Assembly (NCBI GenBank): GCA_964455675.1
Contig: CAYVYK010000013.1
Location: forward strand, 1-48,248
Reading direction: 5' to 3'
DNA length: 48,248 nt
DNA from: an uncultured Methanosarcinales archaeon
Lineage (GTDB): Archaea > Nanobdellota > Nanobdellia > Woesearchaeales > CAYVYK01
The notes beneath the pieces were generated by a model. The model was given only the letters and a program-made list of their open reading frames with translations. It ran no database searches and was not told the origin of the DNA. Shown in pieces: positions 34,901 through 36,135 of the stretch. The position numbers were made by a program, and so were the translations under genes. How positions within the stretch are numbered: position 1 is the first letter of the stretch; every line of letters starts with the position of its first letter.

Positions 34901-36135
34901 CGGTTCGCGACGGCATCCGCGATGACCCGTGCGCGGTCAGTGAGTGACGCGCTATCTTCAAGATGAATGGTTCCGCCGGGGAAGCGCACGGGCAGCGGTT
35001 GTCCAAATTGGTCAACATGCCCTGAGAGGTACAGGATTCCGTCGCTTCCCATGCTGACGCTTCGCGGTACATACCCTGAATCGCTTCGCTGCAGCAAAAG
35101 AGTGTACTCGTTGACGAATCGGTCTTCGAGTGGTTCTCCCCTATCGCTCTCTCCAGTATTCATGTGCCGGACGATGATGTCTCCGCGATTTGCAGAAACG
35201 GTAACTCCGCCTGGTGTGTAGCGGATGTTGATCGTATCAAAGTTTGTTCCTTCAACGCTTGGTTGATCTCCCACCATCTGCTCTGATCGGAATACCGAGG
35301 ATCCTCTGATGTCAAAGCCGTCCGACCTCAGATCAAGGACTGTTCCTTCAATTGACCGCTGCGCGACGACCCATCCATCAACGATGACCTGTCCGCTTTC
35401 GGACAGCCGTAGGGCCACTTTGTTGTCTCCAAACTGCAGGAATTCCGCTTGTCCCTGGCTGATTGTCGCGACCTCTTTTCCGTCTGCGGTCACGACGAGA
35501 TTCTTTGTTTCATCGATGGTTAGGCCGACGTTTGCGCTTCCTCCTTCTGGGATTGTAATGACGATTGGCGGCTTTGTGCTTTCAGCGGATTTGCGTTTCA
35601 GTACGAATCCTTCACTTGCGTCCTCTCCTGACTTAACCGCGAAGACTCCTTCGAGTGATGGATCATTCTTGAGGCTTTCAAGATCAAGGCCGCAGTCGGC
35701 GTTTCCATCCTTGCAGAATGCTCCATTGATCAGCCGTCCTTGGCTATATGTGACCTCGGCTCCTGTAAGGATGAGCTGGATGTTCTGCAGTGTGTGGCGT
35801 TCCTGTACTGCGAGCACGGCGTTCGGAACCTCACCAAGGTTTCCTGCGCGTTCCAGGAGACCTTCTTCTGAGAGCCACTGTTGTGCCGTCACGCGCTGCA
35901 TGAGTTCCCGAGAATTTTCTGGCGCGTTCTCCCCGTGCATTGTCGTAAGGAATTGGTCGAGCTGTTCTCCCTGTAAATTCTCAACCGTGCTTGGGTTGTT
36001 GTAGTCGAGTGGTTCTGGTGTTGGTTCAGGTGGTAGTGGCTCCTCAACTGCGTATACCACACTGCTTGAGATGATAAGATAGACCATGAATAGGCTGATC
36101 CATTGCGCTGTCCGTTGTTGTGTTCGATCGTTCAT
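1921..36135 (-). CDS. Giant (11,404 aa) multidomain membrane-associated protein with a SecA-like ATPase and a polyvalent enzyme cassette
   Basis: 34.2-kb stop-free frame with many recognisable catalytic motifs in order. Its start codon overlaps the upstream stop (ATGA at 36132-36135). Confidence 0.95.
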   Translation of the reverse strand: MNDRTQQRTAQWISLFMVYLIISSSVVYAVEEPLPPEPTPEPLDYNNPSTVENLQGEQLDQFLTTMHGENAPENSRELMQRVTAQQWLSEEGLLERAGNLGEVPNAVLAVQERHTLQNIQLILTGAEVTYSQGRLINGAFCKDGNADCGLDLESLKNDPSLEGVFAVKSGEDASEGFVLKRKSAESTKPPIVITIPEGGSANVGLTIDETKNLVVTADGKEVATISQGQAEFLQFGDNKVALRLSESGQVIVDGWVVAQRSIEGTVLDLRSDGFDIRGSSVFRSEQMVGDQPSVEGTNFDTINIRYTPGGVTVSANRGDIIVRHMNTGESDRGEPLEDRFVNEYTLLLQRSDSGYVPRSVSMGSDGILYLSGHVDQFGQPLPVRFPGGTIHLEDSASLTDRARVIADAVANRQARQEAYNSIRTTDKLSVIAYVNGLPQQETIECAGCTPEKKKELVDAYYNGANMDAVISAATGKELHIARGTQGITESVGWGGGIHLETPIADLDTTQDIAVFHYSPISGKNPANLIFVDSREGTYSSDTPFYKITSKTLMQSAEGPAQGGYVVYSPSEGKLYVRKGGTIYSLTGEEVTRVEPNTKDYILPQKSIEFFKGQDGSVSGKLSALGLSIEGLMNEKYGFDPGKYTIDQRGLTHVFYKTDLDSSTFLTRSVPNMLELGSYESTALFYAGVGGHYAKDLTKLNELKAEGGTVDASFFQETLDRLKRAPIISEALAQRTEELEQEFMKEHGTEISEAFGTIARADAGLQEILKKQQAGTVLTDAEEERYAAAVKQATDAVKTKHGFALGSVDVSQDVVGNLPTDKSTTTIIEQALAQARGTINGKEVGAILKLQRDAVDYALTREYAKAIESYKELRASTTLDRVGITSNILDLYERQGRKEDAKAEAQEQFELAQRRTADLEAAIATSSGKEKERLEQELLRSRIEQYQTEQLAITTLAANAEAGAGQLALLAIRISEDTKLSAESRQSLINQVRLAQLSEITQAISKQPNEELMKTGFGLLDKIYSAPGRSAQALEGFIIAVTATDQMDVQDIDATKKQLQTLYSINGKDAERIARAAYVINEEREARTFLASNMAADAQMHADNALRTLREAGDAVSSQTWGLLGNVYAANGNLRMANEYTANALQELTRSAAQEQFKDKILDFTEEQHALAQQYLSIQVALATTTEGATRKDYGSSGHLATDFALATDLDFFTKEKALILQEMGHLTGFEGNTYASTLERNTIQRNGALAARAEENYAASNAYLSQVMDNTFEPVIPGTKSLYERLASDDEQAGKLQSQAVDAAGIRAANELAEARKAQDGLAKARETYTKLKDKLVVNGVNTITEENEKKIRDEITKIDIQIASQYLLNRDTKSALAKLSQLEADAKEAPPSEELLRQAALMEVQALASAVQNQEATQQELDVAVAKAEQRVSAALAKNAHDTLALKDQAALHQAVGEYDKALESWNRIEQLTRNSLEHEEIHATSKTMIERLTDAQEYKEYATEFTRSIQGIDGSERALQAYSTFIDGNNDVEKLRYAVSMLYPDGTETVTIQGRDIKLQDLTVEQARTILRERGTAMHASNAAKQKAREQISTGTFLKDGNMGELASFSSEELKALVKESSDHMREANQRYMQTHDAKDEQEGNRYKEQSVALGYLSKVITAENDEDRVTALNKLKQYSEAQARMADQSKLGFLVRAANFIDVGGISNEQLAEINYVTGTFESLGTIYPNVQRVAEIQATAGWLEDFTTEHTDPAALNAELQRLNSERYSPTGEMDQYTAAVRHRALQLAISDPSITAEKAADIAELERRTFAFRNALIESDTQAARMYAISDTELLNRMNTGDAREAAMAEFSSSMITAAEQSGMKAAEFANEADSTAGQWLQGWGTGVITWGQGVYDGISSSLGEETRFDEFTALSNDETQVANANYALATKGIGGLSEREEEILVASGRLVRDGEELTINSAYDGAARIKSADEALLDTQSLTQKHAALAILDAFATPEMAISLMTPAALLNIGKMKTVAETAAKISQRAKQFAEAGKSISGGLKAIQTESKLAVFAVESAGFAAPKILLQNGEAIAEHGFSAFGDTAHPEAVTLGDVAGNTLLNLGESAAMLGWMHAVPAKLSFLRPLEKLPNTGAVAQNTVRAVGRIATTSAGLTVVSPNTQAALDELADGAANHDLTSEEWWNFAGAVGTDFASNFATFAAMDAAIGAYRVARTPTRADVRPNTAQVDKLIERTRTATETTVREAPESAVRTTLDANRNVPQFREAVDARARTLQSERDVALDYAVAETKPDFKPGDVTIRIESATPKEKEAVLEKHAEARATDAEFRQNVQQRVEATAPELIERTAQLISTQRSISAEQARAEARTLVEQTARRQAAAEEITARFRETARAGDVAIKIEERARTMETVESEFRQQAEILVARELAAEPTTASSIVLKDLARDVEQARARVKATEQAYKDAEPGTVEQALQENLAARQKAAEAESALLWADNHINPPRTALGRIDNTQQRATLENIRRYELEAKQLKAAQIEAQIGQLSKVTGESDAAMITLREQQIGALREVSTAQQRWLDAFKADNYLLTGEIDRQQREIIARDKDVAVKEQELIVNKARAEIADKQASIERSTNTAEKNQIQQQIETARETVDTARAELETARDELLIQQQRNIEQLQKKGYITKEDLLKQQEEVQISRTQDHLRDIEQERTDILAEVEQKSTTPDTELRILGEQIEGSRGRGQTYEERLIELTSESRNAQREILRRQSESESITAEEYEYQVKQINELNTMEQALLARDYTKVIESRQHMKAAEAENLKRQALAEKDTSKRAALTALAARAEKDAADLSALHDRIRSMNSEGARQAVRESGIATDGIVGNLRNPTSVGVTRGESAAIIKEMKEAGVTVVKNPDTKQVEVTVPESAPERVKQMVEFTNEAIQRLDAAKRTIPEKEKYAAIEEQVSSILDIIQHEGTIMEFIAGGGKDAIILPYTAALKHMLTGKKVILLFEKGSIQGDFLKEVGQNLEFFNQLEVTDPVTGKTRKIVAEIYEAGKTQGTADIIIAEPDIFFEYIRDTPMSKEFIKNIQGSILIANEAQRTLAETQYSISGGKIDAISESVYGRQTVSIGEEVNRYLTDVIGREGKRDLVKPATLDRATLEKMPEHIQRQVLEDIVERSGASAEGMTLEQMRGVALERRLLEGSLSYHDYTPAAKEALLRKILASERLEVPENVGLSDLETIVERFATENNMLGRKVDMLNRYRKILRETPQNDYGIVGDSVEPFSDSRVTGRKYSRVEDIVAYNTLGRELLRGLDTRVQEKADWSKLGPTSDSASASLQEVLISVFDEVHGVTGTPGAVAGPYAKMLGLTVLTKQSERVVMDLNGAARFKSIRETNSLDFSYKESASDLAIIVAQRSVANDLIISSVEAQFLKEGTEIVFHHPIEGSTYLVRMENGRRIATKFETSKAIDDYLTLRLKSIASGDMQRRLVQVYLKGKDVGFDSPIRTEDNVIVVADRASTITDLVQARLRDRGNNARMLSRDAPRQYSDAELMVIGEEGGTLRAGSKEFEQRFSELKNTFEANEKRWTKELLGRSLETSYENLVTNTLREIVVIEGGDVLGGRNLQAAKEILREWQTSSSIEISVSQKPMDYQKHLENKLNRGLGFMKQLLDNGKLSAESIRLLAERVGEGKPITLNLEIGSKAEEVKLPIGKARTLEEAARLTEQYVGREELPALKESSQRGFETKTEQRTETVSQQAARDVKPGGSTEQAYKNLDALGEIGKDIRPGEVRTYLELAKEQEQQINSMPPDERSNLRSELAAILAPQASYVKDEVATAADLAMDTKSVVTTEDLDYLRSEVEMNQELLSMFDDETRAELEAEFARTDARIALRELMNAKDTLSTWSARLRELTSTDMESLMGPHWKNSGEPEPGYELRTFVEEVRAQQAAWSGKTLTQQYAQKANDLVSVLMAFPQNLARNKHSLQYLKKTFYQQARKLDDTATELAMDVTAAETIREESDFIREMIETTSIEPAYAAELTNAIGDQSRKAEDITNQELKNAIEKEMQTLKDNIIVQPQNFHEEMREILADARSATRESEAALIEKISQQKDKMKNEKNKEALNAELVQAAVPLATILQNDLATTRTAESMQHAEELLAVLGAEELPELAMASAQAQVLETQESLEDVEATLATWQTELDTLAEKSTASEMEYLLGTHWKNQDAPEPDSLLGMFLADIAKTAREWKTNPETERYAQKALDTYSALMGMPRGIATSGYRATYVQDAIKKERSRIAELHGSLQSETITTLSTELLEAEMIIRASIEKERGIASAHTLSVAEQQQQLSELYTERTAEFTAVRELLADKEAAIASIPNGPMKDSLGAQIIALKDAMKNLEADAQANAPRQITIAEAVFEAEGSELRDQILAELEAQPPRIEQAESLPSVSADELHEQTRSEERTGLAAQGIRNADSIAKDSPCSDCVNWDLYKPELQGRYGLTDAELVLVVDWHWANAGLRYVQNGELAQAAAALLEAEENGYITTETERKIAQFIKDSYPKLRPSARLIKQTGFDPGRIMVGRVWKDPSTGEVIVFLANAYNSKKEGMIQNDHVSDELKYLNVFGNTRENPGGTNLEDYHLRKLILDTVGDLEKAFNIVNGEPVQEGNVYGERVGIRFSYDPAAVVPEEQVMYAMAWSVEPYFGRYDDDDYHVRHNVQFNGNDYADLLTLMKDGSALLTSIAPNMVYKTKGSSRSYGLSYRLNEKPYLSIQNLDENLEKAKKTLNDYTHTTAPASLGPITRQASLLERAHPRIEIIGEDGNMLLGKEGAIPAFLTQNKKMPVVVRIIEGGVPSLVISIGHPKITHAQMARDPRDVNYYSYLSGFAHYDGKSLSLDFAVPRMQRVQIQPDGNRFGTLLLPEEGVNEAYSMHVTNLIRAASEHAQVFGDSLHVQKKPEGILSFMHRHPAYEVTVGGTTYNVHYRRDTSKDEYSMNDYYVPLVTRARDGITPGYDTQERVLRAVLYTQPEEMELLTKRIAELLRKHLGREDMTLRAQEELSEGKKLKGTEAVEVMLSRPGTLALFRAHLKEQIAQPRIERQNFLQRWIERVMNIPLNRMTQERLRNFYARTGNDYLIGLSTGNYVTGYEMLVPYLGLVPEAKDYVRLQDNFISVRSLSIAARNRFLLEAHATYTEARKILADKDEIHLKANAAGAGLNMLMVASILMEEFPGKTITVDIADYEARNVAIAQQLITTLGIQNARAYKESIFDEPRGTYDVQTYVGILEYFPDVGGAQALAEVYPTMRKSTATNGKVIFSDNWPVRSKDATEVNDETMLPSYEVLETAKGRGTFHYRTIADIARGAGEAFEVGKRYEGSLWNIAVLDKVVDDTPSETTPTSIAIPERYENNKHFIVRENAKRISMIGDVHGDYESFIALLKKDGLVNDNLEWIAPPGTELVLTGDLIDRGPRSFDVLDLVMRLQKEAAAKGSEVILLMGNHEALFLERMEELVVRGTRDLNIEDERIGLTDTISSRPWEEIKAAYIEKYRAYLTRLPKMALVNNYLFVHGGPILLKDIDSIEQYLEKRMGHGQTYNYHNPATTRKQPRSDGTDYYDFYYTRPKDGRDLGWLAEIGQQSLAAHLGMLGADYLVVGHWPTSKDERALQPGHILIDDHLIVVDTGMSPGYEGTGEILTVSNEAHITDAFGNTKSIDLPLKQKAEPYECEVCEIDDSDMMRIIREEMQKYAQKLLEERKMRDKLRSMDANIQDDEPARGMITGTLLFGLEQGGQIFIDSELYASLRDQVDAETLRELRRITIIEEYYHGQMRKGLLDQVLASISEGSAVADAFRKAFPEYAAKGTDEQVEEMLAKFLTHETLRIRSAARGQAYIGYGRIRETQEEKELIRAFMDQMGAHLLARGYARQLVQGEFDPLDLADIVRADSEMIRRIAQEKGVRTNAINRKPLFQILPEIKERWGGKDVLMLPLAGDAHDIDGTVFHGTQPEHYVMQEGEQPMLVYAAGDKVTFVKSIENLKPEQKKRVLESRSVRASYLATGSLNEAIDKYVQARKSERRPDWIDKNEASAEEILWDSWNRDDDPGLAVTAQYSMPAEGVASKIPGLQSVVLEIEVPAEYVILVTYDNQGKPIIPKNLKLGRIPSSDISQYAFVEPNGRGYRVTFLQGIPENYIRRKETAPTLAEKYEEKAPNVIASGDSAKIQQYLTQVEEHREMLLRYTEQSTADFEHLDRTRRLLSDALGLAPEITEASVLELARTFYATRGIQLNEPSYKTLADYINIYPEQTIPILQRLSLNPETNREVTRYLYTFSSIDHYPKTLEILTPEIMAQILKGDASPAEEYAISILRSLKRTANIDAYASVLARMDHFTKNGDVAMDILYGMLKNEPTDELKRTLALESEQFINVLKELNAGRTSEWLRATPMATEEILLSISATDPSRIAPSTGIIVKAYLKNPSVFNNPLKYVINNIAQHDLSALLPYVNELVTTNEAEILQALAKVARAHPEALAPYRYITMEGIWNAENERRVPKLDIIASLAEYGEEEVIARITDTVPVLAKQLDTPAADSALRIMKVLAATNPEHLVPSAHEIELYAVAGNAHAQRIMEILRERGLIETPEDKTQTMLEENPFLGAISEHDNKPLEEVRQEARDKAEMLHAKLKDMNGIVPRDFNTETQTIHTIFDNVVRGYNTMIDEENARGAKLPHFAGELFIVDSTEMNAFVPAETDRVYVHLGLIREIARYAQQADRPLTEDMIAALLAHELTHVMQHTAFEGITWPKLQATDAWVQEILNLKRKAEYNADEGSLVMIGKAIRDPEHPELGGYSPQGSIELLRFLDRITSSSTAETAISTHPHARERLAHIMLYVDNPSQVIEGWTNPEHPLDPVRYEHLDYKRLGSKANDIHSIDDVVRMLGEAQTIEEVLDLTKIAWYIEYTSYVLPTTRTREARQAFAREIQLNTMRSLIDRLHEMADNTNHHIPMQYYRTSGAILRWNEHESEPDSEILEKRMYTFNENTDLGDYTQQVDRVINAFRTEISQLAIPFEERQRLIEIAEKIGARTKEELADTDENSLDALVNSPYTPQEFDAIVEEASKGNLEHLDQIFEQPYSIYRDFGKTTLDESIPSTSYLSNLQERFGVSISGMNLGTARLARNDPALYIQDIRLMPVQTPLDRTALIRYLLPSYVIQHSYVQDNEGGSSRWNYHKVAADDINNKNVHIPFKYQERVRKAIYEAVLRTAPALPQELTMYHHATENAKIQDMLATRVSKSPLGSDDKSLLETYDSYVFSTLYGKVQNTMSQEFTTEYGMSDLESINPLPDKSAAARSINQLARTGNSDAISKLIMQDLNRLEVNGKRLTWEEIAKVIRVDIQQIPSLSLRRTVVEKVMLSLIAERVTIGEHPTFQQMTEVLDGIVTDADRYQILTRLTNNEYTNNGISRPEDRLFITSEKVIYSIDALTMVWNAMTPESITEEITIMDWMMDHRPRKQELSNGFMLAYVQAHILRSQKRGEKITTGMVYQVLEKLSRHGSLSFDIAKLKETTESTSAPASISQGYITRSQAERIRKGEVSFKSNDAPIILFGATAYGRYATNTEHQTFFRTFFDLSVEQIQDIARNQAELRNNLAVRKGRYVELPYPTEMQSVIDNTIINKLRGKYGGTRSVSSVDYGAVIKFRIDKFSSNHDYYGLHAESVQDPRFFSVIIPSYIEKQFRTALGESDPASMEGIQKAIAFLASSPEVKGRAEKLIARADGGSAALKERAVQLQIMLALSNGIIGKHSQLDYAFLRHSSEKNVYNYGLELFPWYADYLSDPQLPSISEEEAKKTHDERTYLEAVSETIQVTGPKVELMADYDKRYAHLLTKEHGIDERITTLEKLLPEAMLFRDGFIDLWERELVPEIAPPKIIGIAKAIGKVRRTDLTIDQQEQEEKMQQYSFLENNLLDTPIQWEIVAKKSLKMGKARSQKAIQFYTRTIPLVADPQRQLRMGMTAIKILRANTNPTFAEELAAIQAFFPFASELRDEQLTELLERHTIPSEDISIEDIEEVRSLYRMRQDLEYDAELSNANYMEQVFRSIVSGASRKDRKAMLLWILDPAKYPKPQVLAELQAKGNINFDEMPHHFSFAPEAYRVSIMQALFLDENGLFAPPAEDEKEMMDEFYYELFDYIFPQTDKGQLTPKVKGTMRDIFPILMKQYSPAQQTAVAIALLKNYKELHRMSEGKRLSVLLGNLGPVGVKVGQYFSENQLIPDESLRSDLGSLKDSAPPISKIAVLDTLAMEGIDISRVRIGKQLRSASMKQIYEGWWYTEGEWKPVVIKVLRPKIERSIDDDLNVLRKVLAAIKEKNPEWDVGDMAGTIQGWLLEERHFTIEAKNAQDIQDMLAEFNAAHPERRPIHVPTVYVGDHDNIMIEERVQGTEVGRLGFFRRLFSGKLKLGLRDMLTEQIFTRGVFHADLHGSNAMLGENGDTYLIDLGLVGRINEEQKQGARDILKSVMLHDAELFYEGVRRVYMNSERTALEEQGTVAQLFDEQREEIITGANEIFAKRGPVKNEFSELSAFILRRNLGNGRDDFSRLLKGLTQGMWLYPTGILGAVPTLHTMAEAANLEKGTGMFASMRGERMEAIKTHAWGIVKNSVAGVLQDAERIIKTSYRSARDYLSTQRHKISDSLEGIKLMNWGTKILNKKLTSDATEPLEITTETPQKEEQIVEAATYSIQKGMNPIHTIDIMPSGLDDMISYRQLDTPRQALVREGLQTYARIRVLMDQQIHSEVGSHVARINGIAITPALEPWALQALNTGMFDSWDSDAQKELLVRTLTTRIMRARHGDAYPDLLMPVDPLIRGISEEMTTLYLKSNQYRDIFALDVNGRFFGEYLQYEGPYQGSATHKIILSSDGERVKQSTRIDVTAQAAPSFYTSPEFVQYLREIDPKITPHTAYHAKTETFLIHAWRTSYDATEKVEVDVVTHGLYPEHAHMSFTKQEWENYLSGGKPIITKRERWKSVVPGMADYASKIPSDYLPTRELPTNLPVLSSEQFTQISGLLNTHELTWKERTYDAYDGTRIADYGVRQRMHFYAVRHLGEEYAIDTARKVREAHYRLLWAEFEPIVNERVAHYEKNEPLTGGNNYGNLLLSTNNGVVSFTYWSESAQEQMDPIIQGVIETKDNPLFTRYIAHKDYGPGYGFLVTESVSRKHFYADSLSNREQLSNDELLGIQEKIGKVSDSQWDQLVSMYTFAEEHSIRINPYSVNYDATTGFMADLYTKEEEKSTIATLFEDCGAIFLLRNPRPDAIQRYEETLDAIHTKIREALTRAGRTDTYEKESTAIRKKIMGILGGGTTYANPLPIIQVPILGAQLLFAELKEQRAEAETKAVKKVLNDNAVLSYEAELTVWSLDDYTAHESPFEKMSTYTEGLRIEGQFKIENMKEMLETLRATLERIKGSGSVPITSDYHENMNALMPYAARYYAMLTAVLSIEGAVRNKLRVPNIHESVDLTTLRLQVEELELIKKELLAEQKTLDAKITSIIDPELYGHEDIIIGTSRAELQQAAAAIDMRTHARITNARIGAELNPTLEDIISMERDYHGEGSLPGITYTGYSEPFGEIGGTKLSADHQFVQQQEDGTIRFGLLDFKDHGKDAVVRRKSIGVAVMDRHRGEDLETFSDRVNRDLVQASPTFDLMTPAIVMDYSPSTGELRHATMGHSFLIIRASGSVEYYDADEGGNTPFGIMDIPPTVQTNRLDPGDMVLLYSDGITEARNPEGVMFNQATDIRTVVQEIADELILSEDKFGKDELQRRLIERLNSFCNGRPFDDDVSLLVIEANDYAERNYERGYLHYAGEIPPPVLPAIRSAVFPADKERVLSLARRFAEEDGTTLTGIIGSGGYGIVFSAANGDAYKIHYTHGMDYAESSVNDLAIVNDIIPEHTPRMKKALVADGVTVGVRMSQVKGITLQEALDNNIYVPESLFSQLEKIVETMADATYALRDFQPVNIMIEDGTGKPYVIDVGLHTDSDDEDYDAMRRQVEETMEQFLRRGLIVSERGRFIRQPIPLTAENLKPTTIDRRDMAAFIEQANAIAISQGTTIEGIIGQGGSGVVLAAANGEAYKITPYFTRQVVPEAETLKFLNEMLPSNTPRFLGLLEHDGDVAGYRMKKIDGITLLEAENKGLPIGESTFARLEDMVRAVEKAGYRFGDFGEWNIMIDYKGNPYFIDTQLVDKGPISMLDTVRQWRLRYERLGLLREQQGTSLPATLDSIEPAYKESTASKKNFLDLARRIASEDGTELEVILGQGAYGVTFRATNGDTYKVYYAIHQKASSKVITDEANSIQIANEKLPDNTPEFKGIIVKDGVMVGIRMGTVQGITLQQALKNGIPLREKTFTELEEMVSRVNAAGYEFTDFHAQNIMVDAMHQPHVIDVNLAKRKQQSPSPNILGVRALREDFRSKNLIQDRPIASDNILMLAGMYSEKISEFINRVEETGKTLEETAQDIGATPESLVRAALIEALIAQYQLTKEQAMVARVIFSDSAVNPDVLPDLMTYAKVGKIARMMEDMKSVLDEEKLADPVFEDILLPDLSSAHDNEAVKNAISTLRVRLNTPEGVFSLTPEMLNERIDALGALDTGAFRKLRQTAQKLAGVSATDELSAEEIARRKDYATLYGQLDANGIGRAAAVMRIIWRDFLKKDLVNFVRKRTTTSQPDIIAENPVYTYAGRLSASQSVIKELVPENGIVVDVGIGGSDAGTSAPTYRELQAVLAGKAEVHAVEINPDIIPRDLQSVVVGDILAPNEETINLLSQANIIRVSNLIIPHYTVEQQRQALGILQEHMKEGSYLLVTHAPGHLIGQPGEEGFLYQKQHGQLRAQRFLYNIAIRDGYLHYGGHSSHSVFSTERKLAEDLVWGAMKDTPAFDDILAYVHGFSEYRRSLSELPQDEQLATVDATEKELSIRAMEEAAAKLRSKGDDARITGEMISVPLDGSIPLLRIPEGLRISTRSEEAIEHLGTVFVTPLRLTVPAKDVSGAYTWYQLVRDGEALRLEYADTMMGPYTPISGDERTKKLEDLAQAGLQERARRASGTYTTAQEWMMIYDVIDLLPTIDLEQPEVPPTEETEATEPPADEQEPGVTPQVPVSPVAIRMIDDNAIEFGVTTEAGTMEYRLEGMPGDVIAYHYEGGWVADDTPTKEAEAFRAFYVARVPEAFTELIGIFGGTETRTMLENAMRKMEMYRAPDLDTIGGRGMSEPARNLLPYLGVSGLLSTLFLFLLDDTDEYTSVESSATAQNTPESVAGALGTPAPPTAGSGGTPEEQPLAPTNPSTAQPGRSGGSGGGGGGGGGGGGGGSSEKEDECKKEGGRCQKFCIPPMQTVNPNIACYDDKVCCMYNMTSLPLNVTNASSKPINLSTIKFPISFLDNVTEPNT
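2041..2136 (-). other. Giant protein: beta-defensin-like six-cysteine motif
   Basis: CKKEGGRCQKFCIPPMQTVNPNIACYDDKVCC = C-x6-C-x3-C-x12-C-x5-CC. Confidence 0.65.
2158..2215 (-). repeat. Poly-glycine linker (GGN codon run)
   Basis: (CCA/CCG)n on the plus strand encodes GRSGGSGGGGGGGGGGGGGGS. Confidence 0.9.
2383..2442 (-). other. Giant protein: C-terminal transmembrane helix
   Basis: NLLPYLGVSGLLSTLFLFLL, preceded by Arg and followed by acidic DDTDE. Confidence 0.75.
3560..4040 (-). other. Giant protein: class I SAM-dependent methyltransferase domain 2 (about aa 10700-10860)
   Basis: VVDVGIG (motif I), VHAVEIN (motif II), VVGDIL, ANIIRVSNLI...HY, MKEGSYLLV. Confidence 0.75.
4830..5370 (-). 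other. Giant protein: minimal protein-kinase-like domain, tandem copy 3
   Basis: ILGQGAYG, TYKV, FTDFHAQNIMV, VIDVN. Confidence 0.85.
5440..5960 (-). other. Giant protein: minimal protein-kinase-like domain, tandem copy 2
   Basis: IIGQGGSG, AYKI, FGDFGEWNIMI, FIDTQ. Confidence 0.8.
6040..6590 (-). other. Giant protein: minimal protein-kinase-like domain, tandem copy 1
   Basis: IIGSGGYG, AYKI, LRDFQPVNIMI, VIDVG. Confidence 0.87.
6690..7400 (-). other. Giant protein: SpoIIE/RsbU-type PP2C phosphatase domain
   Basis: LSADH, FGLLDFKDHG (variant of D.SGHG), ATMGH, PGDMVLLYSDGITEARNPEG, FDDDVSLLVI. Confidence 0.88.
10380..11480 (-). other. Giant protein: ABC1/AarF/UbiB atypical kinase domain
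   Basis: LGPVGVKVGQ (KxGQ), LKDSAPP, SASMKQ (A-rich loop), VVIKVLRP, FHADLHGSN, LIDLGLVG. Confidence 0.9.
15500..16130 (-). other. Giant protein: M48 (Ste24/HtpX/BepA) zinc metallopeptidase domain
   Basis: MNAF, VHLGLI, AALLAHELTH (HExxH at 15817-15831), EYNAD, STHPHARERL. Confidence 0.9.
16270..17340 (-). other. Giant protein: HEAT/ARM-like alpha-solenoid
   Basis: Repeating helical units such as ILQALAKVARAHPEALAPY, ALRIMKVLAATNPEHLVP and ILLSISATDPSRIAP. Confidence 0.55.
19020..19900 (-). other. Giant protein: calcineurin-like metallophosphoesterase (PPP/Shewanella-like) domain
   Basis: IGDVHGD, GDLIDRGP, MGNHE, FVHGG, VVGHWP and IVVDTG are all present in order. Confidence 0.93.
19990..20760 (-). 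other. Giant protein: class I SAM-dependent methyltransferase domain 1
   Basis: KANAAGAG (motif I variant), VDIADY (motif II), ESIFD, YDVQTYVGILEYFPD, NGKVIF. Confidence 0.7.
23270..24440 (-). repeat. Giant protein: two diverged copies of an approximately 100-aa HWKN repeat (about 24150-24440 and 23270-23570)
   Basis: TLSTW...MESLMGPHWKNSGEPEP...YAQKANDLVSVLMAFP versus TLATW...MEYLLGTHWKNQDAPEP...YAQKALDTYSALMGMP. Confidence 0.85.
25350..27260 (-). other. Giant protein: divergent SecA-like SF2 ATPase (about aa 2960-3590)
   Basis: MEFIAGGGKD (SecA EMxTGEGKT), LIANEAQRTL (IVDEVDSIL), NDYGIVGDSV...GRKYS (DYIV...GRRWS), SASLQ, VHGVTGT (LAGMTGT), GKDVGFD (GRGTD), QARLRDRG (QxxGRxGR). Confidence 0.65.
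29480..30490 (-). other. Giant protein: Ala/Gly-rich hydrophobic multi-helix segment
   Basis: GQWLQGWGTGVITWGQG; AALAILDAFATPEMAISLMTPAALLNIG; LAVFAVESAGFAAP; FAGAVGTDFASNFATFAAMDAAIGAY. Confidence 0.5.
31640..33600 (-). other. Giant protein: TPR-like helical repeats
   Basis: TPR-like helices such as WGLLGNVYAANGNLRMANEY, AALHQAVGEYDKALESW and LDLYERQGRKEDAKA. Confidence 0.55.
36049..36135 (-). other. Giant protein: N-terminal Sec signal peptide or signal anchor
   Basis: Arg-containing n-region, h-region WISLFMVYLIISSSVV and VYA|VE cleavage-like site, followed by a Pro/Glu linker. Confidence 0.7.

Noticed and set aside
1921..36135. Inteins, RTX/Rhs repeats or NRPS/PKS modules as the cause of the gene's size
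   Set aside because: No Hint/LAGLIDADG, GGxGxD, YD-repeat, adenylation or ketosynthase motifs were recognised by eye. An HMM scan would be needed to exclude them fully.
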